From: an uncultured Acidobacteriota bacterium
GTDB lineage: Bacteria; Acidobacteriota; JAQAZP01
DNA: 64,000 nucleotides
Direction: 5' to 3'
Assembly (NCBI GenBank): GCA_963836075.1
Contig: CAWIIB010000009.1
Coordinates: 64,001 to 128,000 of the forward strand
A program made the position numbers and the translations under genes. This document shows positions 31,152 to 41,215 of the stretch, one piece after another. How positions within the stretch are numbered: the stretch's first letter is position 1; each line of letters starts with the position of its first letter. The notes under the pieces are model-generated. The model was not told where the DNA came from. It saw only the letters and a list, made by a program, of their open reading frames with translations, and searched no databases.

Positions 31152-31214
31152 GGTCTGCTCCCCGAGGCAGCGGCCGGCGGCGGCCCGGACGGCCGCGGCG
31201 CCGGCCTTCGCCTT

Positions 31215-31889
31215 TCACTTCGCAGGAGCGGAAGAGGCCACCACCGAAAATTCGACGGTCACCGCTTCACCGACCTTGCTGCCGATGATATCCATGCCGG
31301 GCGGTCCGCTGATTCCGAAATCGGCCAGCTTGACGTCGAAGGTCGCCCGGGCGGCAAGCAGATCGCCGGGCTGGCGCTGTTTCGTCGACTCGCTCTCCTT
31401 GAGCCAGGTGATGCGGGCCGGAACGCTCATCCGCTTGGTTTTGCCCTTGATGCTGAAATCACCCACCGCCACGACGTCGAAGGTTTTCGCCTCGTCGGTG
31501 ACCTTAACCGCCTTGACATCCCTCACCTCGCTGAAGGTGAAAGTGATTTTCGGGCTTCCTTCGGCATCAAGCCAGGCGGCGCCGGCCAGGTGCTCGTCGC
31601 GCAGGGGGATACCGGTGTTGAGGCTGGCCACCGGGACGCTGAGCGTGCCGCTGCCTCCGGCTTCAGGCTTCGCCGGGTCGAAGTGAAGCGTTCCGCTCAC
31701 CTGGTTTGAGGTGCCAACGATGTCCTCCAGCGGGGCAACGCTCTTGAAGGTGACCGTATTGCGGCCCGTGGGGTCGTCAACGGTGAAGGCGGTTCCAGTC
31801 TTTTCCTGGGCCAGGGCGCTCAAGGGCAGGCACAGCACCAGGGCCAGGGTCAGCGTCGCGCACCCGATTGCTTTCATGTTTCCGATCAT
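31215..31889 (-). CDS. YceI-family periplasmic lipid/polyisoprenoid-binding protein
   Basis: Signal peptide, VASLNTGIPLRDEHL..WLD....P.ITF, GDFSIKGKTK, ADFGI; RBS aaggag. Confidence 0.9.
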   Translation of the reverse strand: MIGNMKAIGCATLTLALVLCLPLSALAQEKTGTAFTVDDPTGRNTVTFKSVAPLEDIVGTSNQVSGTLHFDPAKPEAGGSGTLSVPVASLNTGIPLRDEHLAGAAWLDAEGSPKITFTFSEVRDVKAVKVTDEAKTFDVVAVGDFSIKGKTKRMSVPARITWLKESESTKQRQPGDLLAARATFDVKLADFGISGPPGMDIIGSKVGEAVTVEFSVVASSAPAK

Positions 31890-32301
31890 AACGTTTCTCC
31901 TTCCATATTGATCTTCGTTTGCGTTCCAATAAAGCCGCCCGGTAATCCATCGTGGCGACAAATCTGCACATAGCTGTACAGTATTAAGACTATTCTAACG
32001 CCATATCGTTACAAAATTACAAAAATAAACTGGACTTTTTCTGGAAAATATAAAGACGCTCAGGGATCAAGGGCCGTCAGCACGCGGTGCGGAACGGCCG
32101 CTGGAAGCTGGTGATCGCCCGCGGGATGGAGAGGACACCGATGTAATCCTGCATGCCGAAGGGCATCGGGTGGAACACTCCATCCCTGTCGAAGATGACA
32201 AGAGCGGCACCCACAACCCGCTTGAGATCGGACAATAGCGTCAACCGAACCAGCTTCAGCAGGAGTAGTGAGGCGGTGGGAACGTCCGGGCAATCATGCC
32301 G

Positions 32302-33234
32302 CTAGTGCATCTTCGCGGCAAGGAAAGTGACGTCGTCATCGATCTTCGTCATGTCATGCTCTTCGGAGATACGGCTGAACAGTTTGTCGGTCAAAGCCCG
32401 CGGCCCCTCGTGGTTGTGCCGCAAAAAGTCGCGCAATCGGTCGAGGCCGAACTGTTCACCGGAGCGGGTGATCAGTTCGACCAAGCCGTCGGTGTAGAGA
32501 AAGAGCGTCTCGCCAGGTGCGAGCCGGGCCTGCTCGACCTTGAAGCTCTCATCCGGGAACAGCCCGATGGGACGCGAGTTGGAACCCAGTTCACGCAGAT
32601 CACCCGCCGCTCCGCTGATCAGTGCCGGCAGGTGGCCCGCCGAGCAGTAGCTCGCTGTTCCATCAGCTCCCAGAGTGATGAAGAACCCCGTGGCGTACAC
32701 GGTCCTGCCGCAGGGCTGCACCAGGTGGTGCAGTGCCGCATTCAACTCGCCCACCAGCCGGTCAAGGCGGCCCGGGCTGTGAAGGGCGTCGATGACAAGT
32801 TTCAACAATACCGAGGCAAGCCCCGCTTCCAGACCATGCCCGGACATGTCCACTATCCAGATCAGAAACTCTCCGTCGGCCGTCACATCCCAGCCGAACA
32901 GGTCGCCACTGAGATGGCAGAACGACTCGAGCACGGCGGAAACCCCGACAGGGGCGTTGGGGGGGAGCTCCCTGGGCAGCAAATGGTACTGCAGACGATG
33001 TGCCAGCCGCAGTTTGAGATCCATTCCGGGAAAGAGGTGGGGCACGTAGTGCAGGTCCACCTCCCCCTGACTCGCGTGCGCCGTTTTTCCCGGCGGTCCG
33101 GGGGTGCCCCAGTCATCCAGCGAGACTTTGTCCAGATCGATGTCGAGGCGTTCGACCAGTTCCGCGATCCGGACGCCATGCACCCGGTAGTCGAGATCAA
33201 AGGACGCCGCCATATCGTCGAGCAGCCGCTTCAT
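32302..33234 (-). CDS. SpoIIE/RsbU-like PP2C phosphatase
   Basis: SGDLF, VDMSGHG, SAGH.P, LYTDGLVE, FG..RL, DDVT. Confidence 0.9.
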   Translation of the reverse strand: MKRLLDDMAASFDLDYRVHGVRIAELVERLDIDLDKVSLDDWGTPGPPGKTAHASQGEVDLHYVPHLFPGMDLKLRLAHRLQYHLLPRELPPNAPVGVSAVLESFCHLSGDLFGWDVTADGEFLIWIVDMSGHGLEAGLASVLLKLVIDALHSPGRLDRLVGELNAALHHLVQPCGRTVYATGFFITLGADGTASYCSAGHLPALISGAAGDLRELGSNSRPIGLFPDESFKVEQARLAPGETLFLYTDGLVELITRSGEQFGLDRLRDFLRHNHEGPRALTDKLFSRISEEHDMTKIDDDVTFLAAKMH

Positions 33235-33394
33235 GTCACCAGACCATCATCCCCTCAGGTGCCGTCACGAATCGTTGTGCACCGGTTCGGTTCGACCAAT
33301 CGGTTTTTCACGGAAAGCAACCAGGCCGCATCACGACCCGAATGGATAGTATTGGTTTCCCGGGTGGCGGTCAACATATGCCGGGCGCAGTTGG

Positions 33395-33481
33395 CGGTGC
33401 TGGGAGTCGGCCTGAAACCAGCCTCAGCGGGCGGCGCGCAGCGCGCAGCGCCGTTCGGCGTAGGCCGCGTCCTCGACCCAC
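33395..33481 (+). repeat. ~85 bp imperfect direct repeat, copy B (remnant permease end RCWESA* plus intact crtV-like 3' end)
   Basis: Matches 22646..22723 with three substitutions and three small indels. Confidence 0.9.
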
Positions 33482-34368
33482 AGCCGGTGCGCGCGCCAAC
33501 GCATCAGGGGGCGCAGCAGCGGGCCGCAGAGCCGCACCACGGTCTGGAACTGCGGCCGCTCCGAGGTGGCGAGGGTCGCCTCGGTGACCAGGGTGCGGCC
33601 GGGGTCCAGCGGCGTGGCGTGGGTCTCCACCACCGACCCCACCCCTTCCCCGCCGATGATGGTCATCACGATGGTCCGCGGTTCGGGGCAGTGGAACCGC
33701 GCGTCCACCTCCATGCCGATCCGGCGGAAGATGCGGAAGACCACCCGCACGGTGATCGCGTCGTCCTCCTGCCCGATGACCTTGAGCCGGGCGAAGGAGT
33801 GCGGGTGGAAATGGGCGCCGTGCCACGGGTCGAGCCGGTTGGCGATGACGTCCCGGGGGTCGCAGCGCACCTCCTGCCGCAGCACGGCCGCGAGGCACTT
33901 CTCCGGCCGCGGCGACAGCACCGGCGTGTCGAAGCCCGGCTGCGCCTCCCCCGTCCGGATCCAGAGCAGCACGCCGTCGTCGTGCACCGCCACCGGCCGC
34001 CAGCTTCCGTGAGGCTCCGTGCCCAGGGCCAGCCCGTGCCACGGGCAGACCACGCGGCCGTCGCGCAGCGTCCCGTCGGACAGCGGCGCGCCCATGTGCG
34101 GGCAGGAATCCGGCGCCACCGTCACCCTCCCGCCGCTGCGCCAGCCGACGTAGTCCCTGCCGTCCACCCGGTAGCGCCGCGGCTGCGGCCCCAGGTCGGC
34201 GGAGGTCCCGAGGACGTACCACCCTCCCGAGGGGAGAGCCAGCGCCCGTTCCAGCCCCTGCTCGATCCAGGGCACGCGGGCCTGCATCCAGTCGGGGTCC
34301 GTGGAAACGGGCTCGGCCGGACCGAGCTCGCGGCCGAACAGCTTCAATCCATCCGAATCCCTGAACAT
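33424..34368 (-). CDS. Rieske [2Fe-2S] plus DUF5914-type protein (CrtV-like)
   Basis: CPHMGA...CPWHG Rieske motif; ANRLDPWHG..FHP.SF, GEG.GSVVETHATP and LWVEDAAYAERR resemble Streptomyces CrtV; adjacent to crtU. Confidence 0.8.
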   Translation of the reverse strand: MFRDSDGLKLFGRELGPAEPVSTDPDWMQARVPWIEQGLERALALPSGGWYVLGTSADLGPQPRRYRVDGRDYVGWRSGGRVTVAPDSCPHMGAPLSDGTLRDGRVVCPWHGLALGTEPHGSWRPVAVHDDGVLLWIRTGEAQPGFDTPVLSPRPEKCLAAVLRQEVRCDPRDVIANRLDPWHGAHFHPHSFARLKVIGQEDDAITVRVVFRIFRRIGMEVDARFHCPEPRTIVMTIIGGEGVGSVVETHATPLDPGRTLVTEATLATSERPQFQTVVRLCGPLLRPLMRWRAHRLWVEDAAYAERRCALRAAR

Positions 34369-34384
34369 CCCTTGAACACCTCCG

Positions 34385-35884
34385 TCAGACCGGCAGCCAG
34401 GAAAGCAGGCCCCGGGCCGGAGTCGAGCGGATCGGCTCGGGGGCTACGCCGCAGTCGGCCAGAAAATGGTTTGCCGCCAGGAAGCCCGAGGCGGCGGCCC
34501 GCTCCATCAGCGCGCTGGGGATCGGCAGCTTGACGAAGTCGCCGGCGATGGTCAGCCCGGGGAACGGCGTGGCCACGCCGGGCCTCGCCGCGTAAGAACC
34601 GGGGGCAAAGGCCGGGCAGTCCTGCCTGACCAGCCAGCGCTCTTCCAGGATGCGGGCCTTCTTCGTTTCGGGGTAGAGCTGGTGCAGCGCGCCGAGCAGT
34701 TCCCGCTTGAGGTCCTCTTCCGCCGCGCCCTCGTCCACGGCATAGGCGTGAAGCTCCACCACCGAGCCCCCGTTGGCCTCGGCCCAGCTCCGGCTCTCGT
34801 CCTCGAACAGCTCGTAGAGCGAGATGTTGTCGATGGGGCCCAGGCCGGTGGTGCCGACAAAGGGGGCGCGCCCCTCGGCAGCCGGCCGGTCGAGCCAGAG
34901 GCGCCAGACGGCGAAGGGGTTGGTCAGCGACGTCTTCTCGATCGACGCCCGCCACTCCGGGTCGTCGAGGTCCGGCGAGGCGGCGACGATCTCGCGGATC
35001 GCCGGGACGGTCACCGCCAGCACCACGCCGTCGGCGTCCACCGCGGCCGAGCCGGTGGAGACCTGCCAGCCGCCGCCGGCGCGGCGGCGCACGGCCCCCA
35101 CCGGCTCGCCGGTACGCACGCTGACCCCCAGCGATTCGAGGTAGCGGCCGAAGGGCGTCCAGATCGACCGGGAGAAGGGGGCGTCGGCCACGTCGAAGAT
35201 CAGCCCTTCGGGGTTGCCGGTGAAGTAGAAGTGGAACATCATCAGCAGCTCGCCGGCCGACATCTCCCGCTCGGGGTTGAAGAACGAGTGGGCGAAGACG
35301 TCGAAGAGCAGGCGCCGGGCGTCGGGGGGGAAGCGCAGCGAATCGAGATACTCGCCGGCATTCATCCCGTCCCGGCGGCGGTAGGTCTTCTCCAGGTCGA
35401 AGGTCAGCATCTCCAGGGCCCGCCGGGCGCCGACCCGGGACAGGTCGCGGAGGGTCAGCGCTTTCGTCCGGGCGGTGAGGGTGATCACGTTCCACGGGGT
35501 GCGGCGGGGGAGGTTGGCGAAACTCTGCACCTGGCCCCCCGGGCCGAGGATCGGGTAGTCCTCCAGCGGCCGGAGGAAGCCGAGCTGCGGGTCGATCCGC
35601 CGCAGCAGCGACTGCAGGTTGTAATACTGCCGGAAAAAGGCGTGGAACCCCCGCTCCATCTCAAAGGAGGTCCCGTCGGCCAGGCGGTCGGTCCAGGCAC
35701 CGGCCCGGCCTCCGAGATAGCCTTCCCGCTCGAACAGCGTGACCGCCACCCCCCGCTCGGCCAGCACCGCCGCGGCGGCCACCCCGGCGATCCCGCCGCC
35801 GGCGACGACGGCCGTCGCCCGCTCCCCGACACGCTCGCGCCCGCCCGCCGCGGGCAGCATCAGCACCCGTTGATGTCCCGTCAT
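34385..35884 (-). CDS. crtU: Carotenoid phi-ring synthase / isorenieratene synthase-like FAD oxidoreductase
   Basis: GGGIAG FAD motif, RGFHAFFRQYYNL, SAGELLMMFHFYF, GSVVELHAYA and ALMERAA match actinobacterial CrtU. Confidence 0.8.
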   Translation of the reverse strand: MTGHQRVLMLPAAGGRERVGERATAVVAGGGIAGVAAAAVLAERGVAVTLFEREGYLGGRAGAWTDRLADGTSFEMERGFHAFFRQYYNLQSLLRRIDPQLGFLRPLEDYPILGPGGQVQSFANLPRRTPWNVITLTARTKALTLRDLSRVGARRALEMLTFDLEKTYRRRDGMNAGEYLDSLRFPPDARRLLFDVFAHSFFNPEREMSAGELLMMFHFYFTGNPEGLIFDVADAPFSRSIWTPFGRYLESLGVSVRTGEPVGAVRRRAGGGWQVSTGSAAVDADGVVLAVTVPAIREIVAASPDLDDPEWRASIEKTSLTNPFAVWRLWLDRPAAEGRAPFVGTTGLGPIDNISLYELFEDESRSWAEANGGSVVELHAYAVDEGAAEEDLKRELLGALHQLYPETKKARILEERWLVRQDCPAFAPGSYAARPGVATPFPGLTIAGDFVKLPIPSALMERAAASGFLAANHFLADCGVAPEPIRSTPARGLLSWLPV

Positions 35885-35932
35885 CTTCCTCCCTTTCCCG
35901 CGGGCGCCGGCCGCAGGGCCCGGCCGCCCGCA

Positions 35933-36412
35933 TCACTCGTCGGTAGCCACCAGGGTGATCTCGATCTCCCGGGGCCCGTCCGCCAACGTGAACGCGGCTG
36001 CGGCAAACGTCGGCGGACCGAAACGACCGCGGACATTGTTCGACGTGCCGTAGCGTTCGAGGGGCCGGCCGAACCGGTCGGTCTCCATCCGGCCGTCACT
36101 GTCGAGGTCGTGGTAGACGCTGACCGCGTAACGCCCCGTCGGCAGGCCGGTGAAGGTGACGCGCACCGCGTCACCGTCCGCCGGCACCTCGGCCAGGCGC
36201 AGCTCGCTGCCGGCCTCGCCGGGAAACCCCTGCGCCGAGTCGAAGAGCGCCACGTGCACCACCCCCTCCGGGGGACTGATGCCGTCGACAACGATGTGCA
36301 GGGCCCCGCCCTCGTCCCCTCCCGGCACGGCCTTCCGCATCCCCGTGGCCGAGGTACAGCCCCCGGCGAGCAGGACGGCGAGAGCGATGATCGTGAGGAC
36401 AAATTGTTTCAT
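35933..36412 (-). CDS. DUF2141-family lipoprotein
   Basis: Lipobox LAGGC; G.YAVSVYHD.D.DG....FG.P.E.YG.SNN...FGPPTF. Confidence 0.85.
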   Translation of the reverse strand: MKQFVLTIIALAVLLAGGCTSATGMRKAVPGGDEGGALHIVVDGISPPEGVVHVALFDSAQGFPGEAGSELRLAEVPADGDAVRVTFTGLPTGRYAVSVYHDLDSDGRMETDRFGRPLERYGTSNNVRGRFGPPTFAAAAFTLADGPREIEITLVATDE

Positions 36413-37356
36413 CTGGCTTCCACCGGCATGATGTCCTCGGGAAACGATATGCAGTTCTCCGGCGCTGCGTGCACGGCGGCCCCGGCGGCCCGGCGGCCGC
36501 TAAGGGACCGGCCCAGGGCCCCGGCGACGAGGACCAGCTTCTGCCCCAGGGGCACGAAGGCCCGCCCGGCCAGCGGGTCGCACCCCGCGCCGCGCACCCG
36601 CGCGCCGATGGCCGAGTAGACCTTGCGGGCGGTCCTGATCGACACCTCGCAGCGCCGGCTCAGCGCGTGGAGCCCGCGGTCGCCCGAGGCGTAGTAGCGG
36701 TCGGCCTCGTCGAGCAGCGCCGCCGTGGCCCGGGCCACCGGTTCACGCGCCTCTTCGGGGAAATCGCCGCCCAGACGGTCGGCCAGCCGCGAACAGCCCT
36801 GGGCGGCGAGCAGCTCCTCCGGGATGTAGAGCCGCTGACGCTGCCAGTCCTCCAGCACGTCGCGGCAGATGTTGGTCATCTGCATCGCCATCCCCAGGTG
36901 CGCGGCATGGCGGACCGCCCCTTCATCGCTCAGCCCCATGACGTGGCACATCATCAGCCCCACCGTGCCCGCCACGCGAAAGCAGTAGAGCAGGAAGGTG
37001 TCCATGGTCTCGTAGCGCGTGCCGACGACATCCATCTCCATGCCGGCAAGCAGTTCGTCGGCGTACTGGCGGTGGATGCCGCACTCCCGCACCACCTGCT
37101 GAAACGAGGAGAGCACCGGATCGTCCAGCGGCCGACCGCCGTACACGTCGTCCAGTTCCCGCCTCAGCCGCTGGAGCGCTGCGGGCTGCCTCCCGGCCGG
37201 GGCGAGGTCCACCGCGTCGTCCGCCCGCCGGCACCAGGCGTAGACAACCACGGCGCGCCGGCGCACCGCCTCGGGGAGCAGCCGCGAGGCCAGCGAAAAA
37301 CTCTTCGAGTGGTAGCGGATGATTTCCGCGCACTGTTCGATCGGGTCCTGTGTCAT
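36409..37356 (-). CDS. crtB: Phytoene synthase
   Basis: HSKSFSLA, YAWCRRADDAVD, YCFRVAGTVG, LGMAMQMTNICRDVLED. Confidence 0.95.
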   Translation of the reverse strand: MTQDPIEQCAEIIRYHSKSFSLASRLLPEAVRRRAVVVYAWCRRADDAVDLAPAGRQPAALQRLRRELDDVYGGRPLDDPVLSSFQQVVRECGIHRQYADELLAGMEMDVVGTRYETMDTFLLYCFRVAGTVGLMMCHVMGLSDEGAVRHAAHLGMAMQMTNICRDVLEDWQRQRLYIPEELLAAQGCSRLADRLGGDFPEEAREPVARATAALLDEADRYYASGDRGLHALSRRCEVSIRTARKVYSAIGARVRGAGCDPLAGRAFVPLGQKLVLVAGALGRSLSGRRAAGAAVHAAPENCISFPEDIMPVEAR

Positions 37357-38867
37357 CCGAGAAAGTCCTCGGTCACCAGGCGCACGGTGGCCTTGGCCGA
37401 GTTGACCACCCCGGGCACCCCGGCCCCGGGGTGGGTCCCCGCACCCACCAGGTAGAGGCCGGGAATCCGGTCGTCGCGGTTGTGCGGCCGGAACCAGGCG
37501 CTCTGGGTCAGCAGCGGGGCGCAGGAGAACGCCGAGCCCATGTAGGTGTTGTAGACGCTCTTGAAGTCCTGCGGGGTGAACCAGAACTTCGTCACCAGGT
37601 GCTTGCGCAGCCCGGGCAGGTGCGTTTCCAGCGCGGCGAGGATCCGGTCGGCGTATGCCTCGCCGGCTGCGCTCCAGTCGAGGGGTGCATTGCCCAGGTG
37701 CGGCACCGGCGAGAGCACGTAGAAGGTCTCGCAGCCCTCGGGGGCCAGCGATGGGTCGGTCACCGTGGGCATGTGCAGGTAGAGGCTGAAGTCCTCGGCC
37801 AGGCTGCTGCCGCGGAAGATGTCGTTGAGCAGCCCCTTGTAGCGCGGCCCGAAGATGATGGTGTGGTGGGCCACCTCTTTGTCATAGCGGCGGTCGGTAC
37901 CGAAGTAGAGCACGAAGAGGGACATCGACCACTGCATCCGCTCCAGCCGTTTGCGCATCCGCGCGGCCTGGGGCACGCTGCCGAGCAGCGTGCCGTAGGT
38001 GTGGTGGATATCGGCGTTGGAGACCACCAGGTCGAAGGGTTCCCGCTCGGCCCCCTCGCTGGTCACCAGGTGTTTCACCCGGCCGTTGCCTTGCTCGAGG
38101 TCCACCCGGCTCACCGGCGTGGAGAGGCGGACCTCGCCGCCCAGTTCCTCGAACCGCTTGACCACCGCCCGGACCAGGGCGCCGGTGCCCCCGCGGGGGA
38201 AGAAGACGCCCCACTCGCGCTCGAGGTAGTGGATCAGGGTGTAGATCGAACTGGTTTCGAAGGGGTTGCCGCCCACGAGCAGCGAGTGGAAACTCAGCGC
38301 CTGGCGGATGTGGTCGTTTTTGACGAAGCGGCTCACCGCGCGGTAGACCGAACGGTCGGCCCGGAGCCGGATCAGCGCCGGGGCCACCCGCACCATGTCG
38401 CTGAAATTGAGGAAGGGCGTGGCGGCCAGCTCGCTGTACCCGGCGATGAAGACTTTGCGGGCGTACTCGGTGAACTTGAGATAGCCCTCCACGTCCCCCG
38501 GGTCGCGTTCGCGGATCTGGGCCACCATCGACTCCGAATCGCCGTCGTAGTTGAAGGTGTCCCCGTCGTCCCAGATCAGGCGGTAGAACGGGTGGACCGG
38601 GATCAGCTCCACGTAGTCCTCGAGGCGGGCCCCGGTATCGGCGAACAGCTCCTCGAAGATCAGCGGCGCGGTGATCACCGTCGGGCCGCCGTCGAAGACG
38701 AACCCCTGGTCTTCGTAGACATAGGCCCGGCCCCCCGGCTGGTCGCGCTTCTCGAACACGGTGGTCTGGATTCCCGCGTTCTGCATCATCACCGCGGCGG
38801 CAAGGCCGCCGAAACCGCCGCCCACCACCGCTGCCCGCGGTGCCCCTCCGCTGCTAGCCATATGCAC
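37353..38867 (-). CDS. crtI: Phytoene desaturase
   Basis: GGGFGGLA, FDGGPTVIT, FHSLLVGGNPF, LTQSAWFRPHNRD, LVGAGTHPGAGVPGV. Confidence 0.95.
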   Translation of the reverse strand: MHMASSGGAPRAAVVGGGFGGLAAAVMMQNAGIQTTVFEKRDQPGGRAYVYEDQGFVFDGGPTVITAPLIFEELFADTGARLEDYVELIPVHPFYRLIWDDGDTFNYDGDSESMVAQIRERDPGDVEGYLKFTEYARKVFIAGYSELAATPFLNFSDMVRVAPALIRLRADRSVYRAVSRFVKNDHIRQALSFHSLLVGGNPFETSSIYTLIHYLEREWGVFFPRGGTGALVRAVVKRFEELGGEVRLSTPVSRVDLEQGNGRVKHLVTSEGAEREPFDLVVSNADIHHTYGTLLGSVPQAARMRKRLERMQWSMSLFVLYFGTDRRYDKEVAHHTIIFGPRYKGLLNDIFRGSSLAEDFSLYLHMPTVTDPSLAPEGCETFYVLSPVPHLGNAPLDWSAAGEAYADRILAALETHLPGLRKHLVTKFWFTPQDFKSVYNTYMGSAFSCAPLLTQSAWFRPHNRDDRIPGLYLVGAGTHPGAGVPGVVNSAKATVRLVTEDFLG

Positions 38868-39883
38868 TCTCCAGTTTGAAGACGTCCTCGCCGAGCTGTT
38901 CCAGCCGCGGCGAGTCGCCGATGTTCCCGCGCAGGTCCGCCAGTGCCTGCTGCAGCTGCGCGGCGATGCGGTTCCGTGCGATGGGGATCAAGGCGTCGCG
39001 CATTTTCCCGATCACCTGCTCGGCATCCCAGTCGATGGAAGCCGCGCCGGCCTGGCGGGCCAGCCCGGCGTATGTCACGTCGTCCAGCATCTCGGCCAGC
39101 CAGGCCCAGGGCCAGGTGGGGCGGCAGTGCCGGATGTCCTCGATACCCTTATCCAGCCGTTCGGGGATGTTCAGGCCGCTCCAGTCGTCGATCATCTGCA
39201 GGCCCAGGCCGTAGCCGGCACCGAACGAGGCCAGCGCCGCCACCACCTCCGGCGGTGCGCCGGCGCCGTGAGCGCCGATCATGGCGGCCATCTCCATCAG
39301 CGAGCCGGTCTTCAGCCGTGTGGACCGGGTGACCAGTGCCGGCACCTGTGGCCTGGGGACGCGGGTGATGTTCACCGTCAGGTCCAGCGCCTGGCCCTTG
39401 TGGCAGCGCAACAGCCCGAGGCTGATGTCCTCGTAGAGCGCCAGCCGGGCGGCCGCGCCCAGCTCGACGCGGAAGAGGAGAGTCAGCGAGAGGAAGTAAA
39501 GCCAGTTGGCCGTATTGATCGCCACCGGAACGCCGTAGCGCCGGTGCATCGTGGGAGCGCCCCGGCGCATCGCCGAATCATCTTCGATATCATCGATGAT
39601 CAGCGACCCCGCGTGCAACAGCTCGATGAGCACGGGAAGCTCGTCAGGCGGCCCCGCAGGGTCACCGCCGGCGAGGTGCCAGGCGTGTTCGATCAGCTTC
39701 GCCCGCACTCCCTTTCCCGAGCGGCTGAGAATGTCCCGGGCCGGGTCGATCAGCGCCCTGTCCCAGTAGCGGGGATCGATATCACCCTGATCGTCCCCCT
39801 CGGAAGGCAGACGCTCGAAGAGACCCCTCATCAGTTCGCCGAGGTCGGCATCGGGGCCAAGCAGTTTGTCAGCAATATTCATC
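38854..39883 (-). CDS. crtE: Polyprenyl (GGPP) synthase, in frame with upstream crtY in this assembly
   Basis: GKGVR, ELLHAGSLIIDDIED.S..RRG.P, GQALD, LKTG, QMIDD; own ATG (MNIADK) preceded by gaaggg. Confidence 0.85.
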
Positions 39884-41046
39884 TGTCCGTACCCTTCAGT
39901 CAACCGGTAGCGGGGTGAGAACCCCCTGGGCGGGTTCCCCACCAGCAGCCGGAACCGGTCGGCCCAGGTCATCCGCAGCGCGTAGAAGCGCTCGATGGTG
40001 GCCATGGGCAGCCGGTAGAAACGTTCAAAGATGTGTCTTCTCGACCGCGGGGCGTACCAGCGGAAGAGCAGACGGTTGAGCATATGGCAGAACCGCGACT
40101 GCGAGCGCTGCCGGGGCACCAGTTCGTCGAGCCCCTGATGCTGGATGGTCTCCAGCGGTCGGTTCGCGATGTGGTCCGCCACCCGGGCGGCGATGGGCAA
40201 CGAGTAGCCCGTGGCCGGGTGGAACCAGCCGCCCTGAAAACCGGCGGCAATGGCCCCCGGCGGTCGCCGTTCGGGCAGCGAACCTCTCCAGGTCATGGGC
40301 AGCACGCCCTTCTCCTCGCGGGCCACCGCGGCCACCGCGTAACCCTTGCGCTCGGCGTAGGCCATGATCTCGGCCCGGACACCCTCGGCGTCGAGCGCCG
40401 GCGACTGGTGGAAGTAGGTGTCCTCCAGCAGCAGCCGGCGTTCGGCCAGGGGCAGCACGTACATGAAGCGGAACCCTTGTTCCTGGTCCAGCTCGGCATC
40501 CATCAGCAGCGGCCGTTCCAGGCCGTGGGGCGCCTCCAGGTCCACCTCGAGGCCGACGAACTTCTGAAACCCGGCGCTCTTCGGGCTCGCGGCGCTCCTC
40601 TCGGGGCCGCGGGCATCGATGACGACTGTCGCGGTCAACACCTGCCCATCGGTAAGGTGTACCGCGCCGCGCTCAACACGAAGCGCCTCGGCGCCGAGAA
40701 AGAGCCGCGAACCCGGACGACCATCAATCGCCTCCCGGACAACCCGGTCCATCCGGTCGCTGGTGATCGCCGAATACGCGACGTCGATCGGTCCGCCGGA
40801 ACCCGGGGAACCGCACCTCGTATCCCGGCCAGCGGTGGCAGACCAGGGGTTCGATCCAATCCGTGGCTCGGGGAGAGACGTCGCCGGCGTGGAAACACCA
40901 GGTGTGGTTGCCCCCAGCGCCTTGTCGCGTTCGACGATGGCGATGCGGGACTCGGGTCGCCTGGAGCGCAGGGCGAGCGTGATCAGGCCGCTCTGCAGCC
41001 CGCCGCCCACCAGGAGGTATTCGTAATCTGTATCTGTCGCGGCCAT
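39884..41046 (-). CDS. crtY: Lycopene beta-cyclase with two compensating indels (~40912 and ~40790)
   Basis: VGGGLQSG; GNHTWCFH..RWPGYEVRFP in the alternate frame; QKFVG, LMDA, RFMYVLP, EDTY, FHPATGYSLP, ERFYRLP...IERFYA. Confidence 0.88.
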
Positions 41047-41215
41047 CAGACGGAGCCAGGTCCGGGGATGCTTGACCGGCACGCAGGACTCACCCCCCGC
41101 CTCCAGCGGAAGCGACTTTCCCCGTGGGTCATGTGTGCGGTGCCGGGAAAGGCGGTGGCGGCCCGGGAACCGCGCCCCGCCTTTCCATCCTCCCGACAGT
41201 GTTCCACTCGATCGA

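Noticed and set aside
32060-32297. Short minus-strand ORFs between PP2C and YceI
   Set aside because: No recognisable motif or RBS in either frame; cannot be supported.
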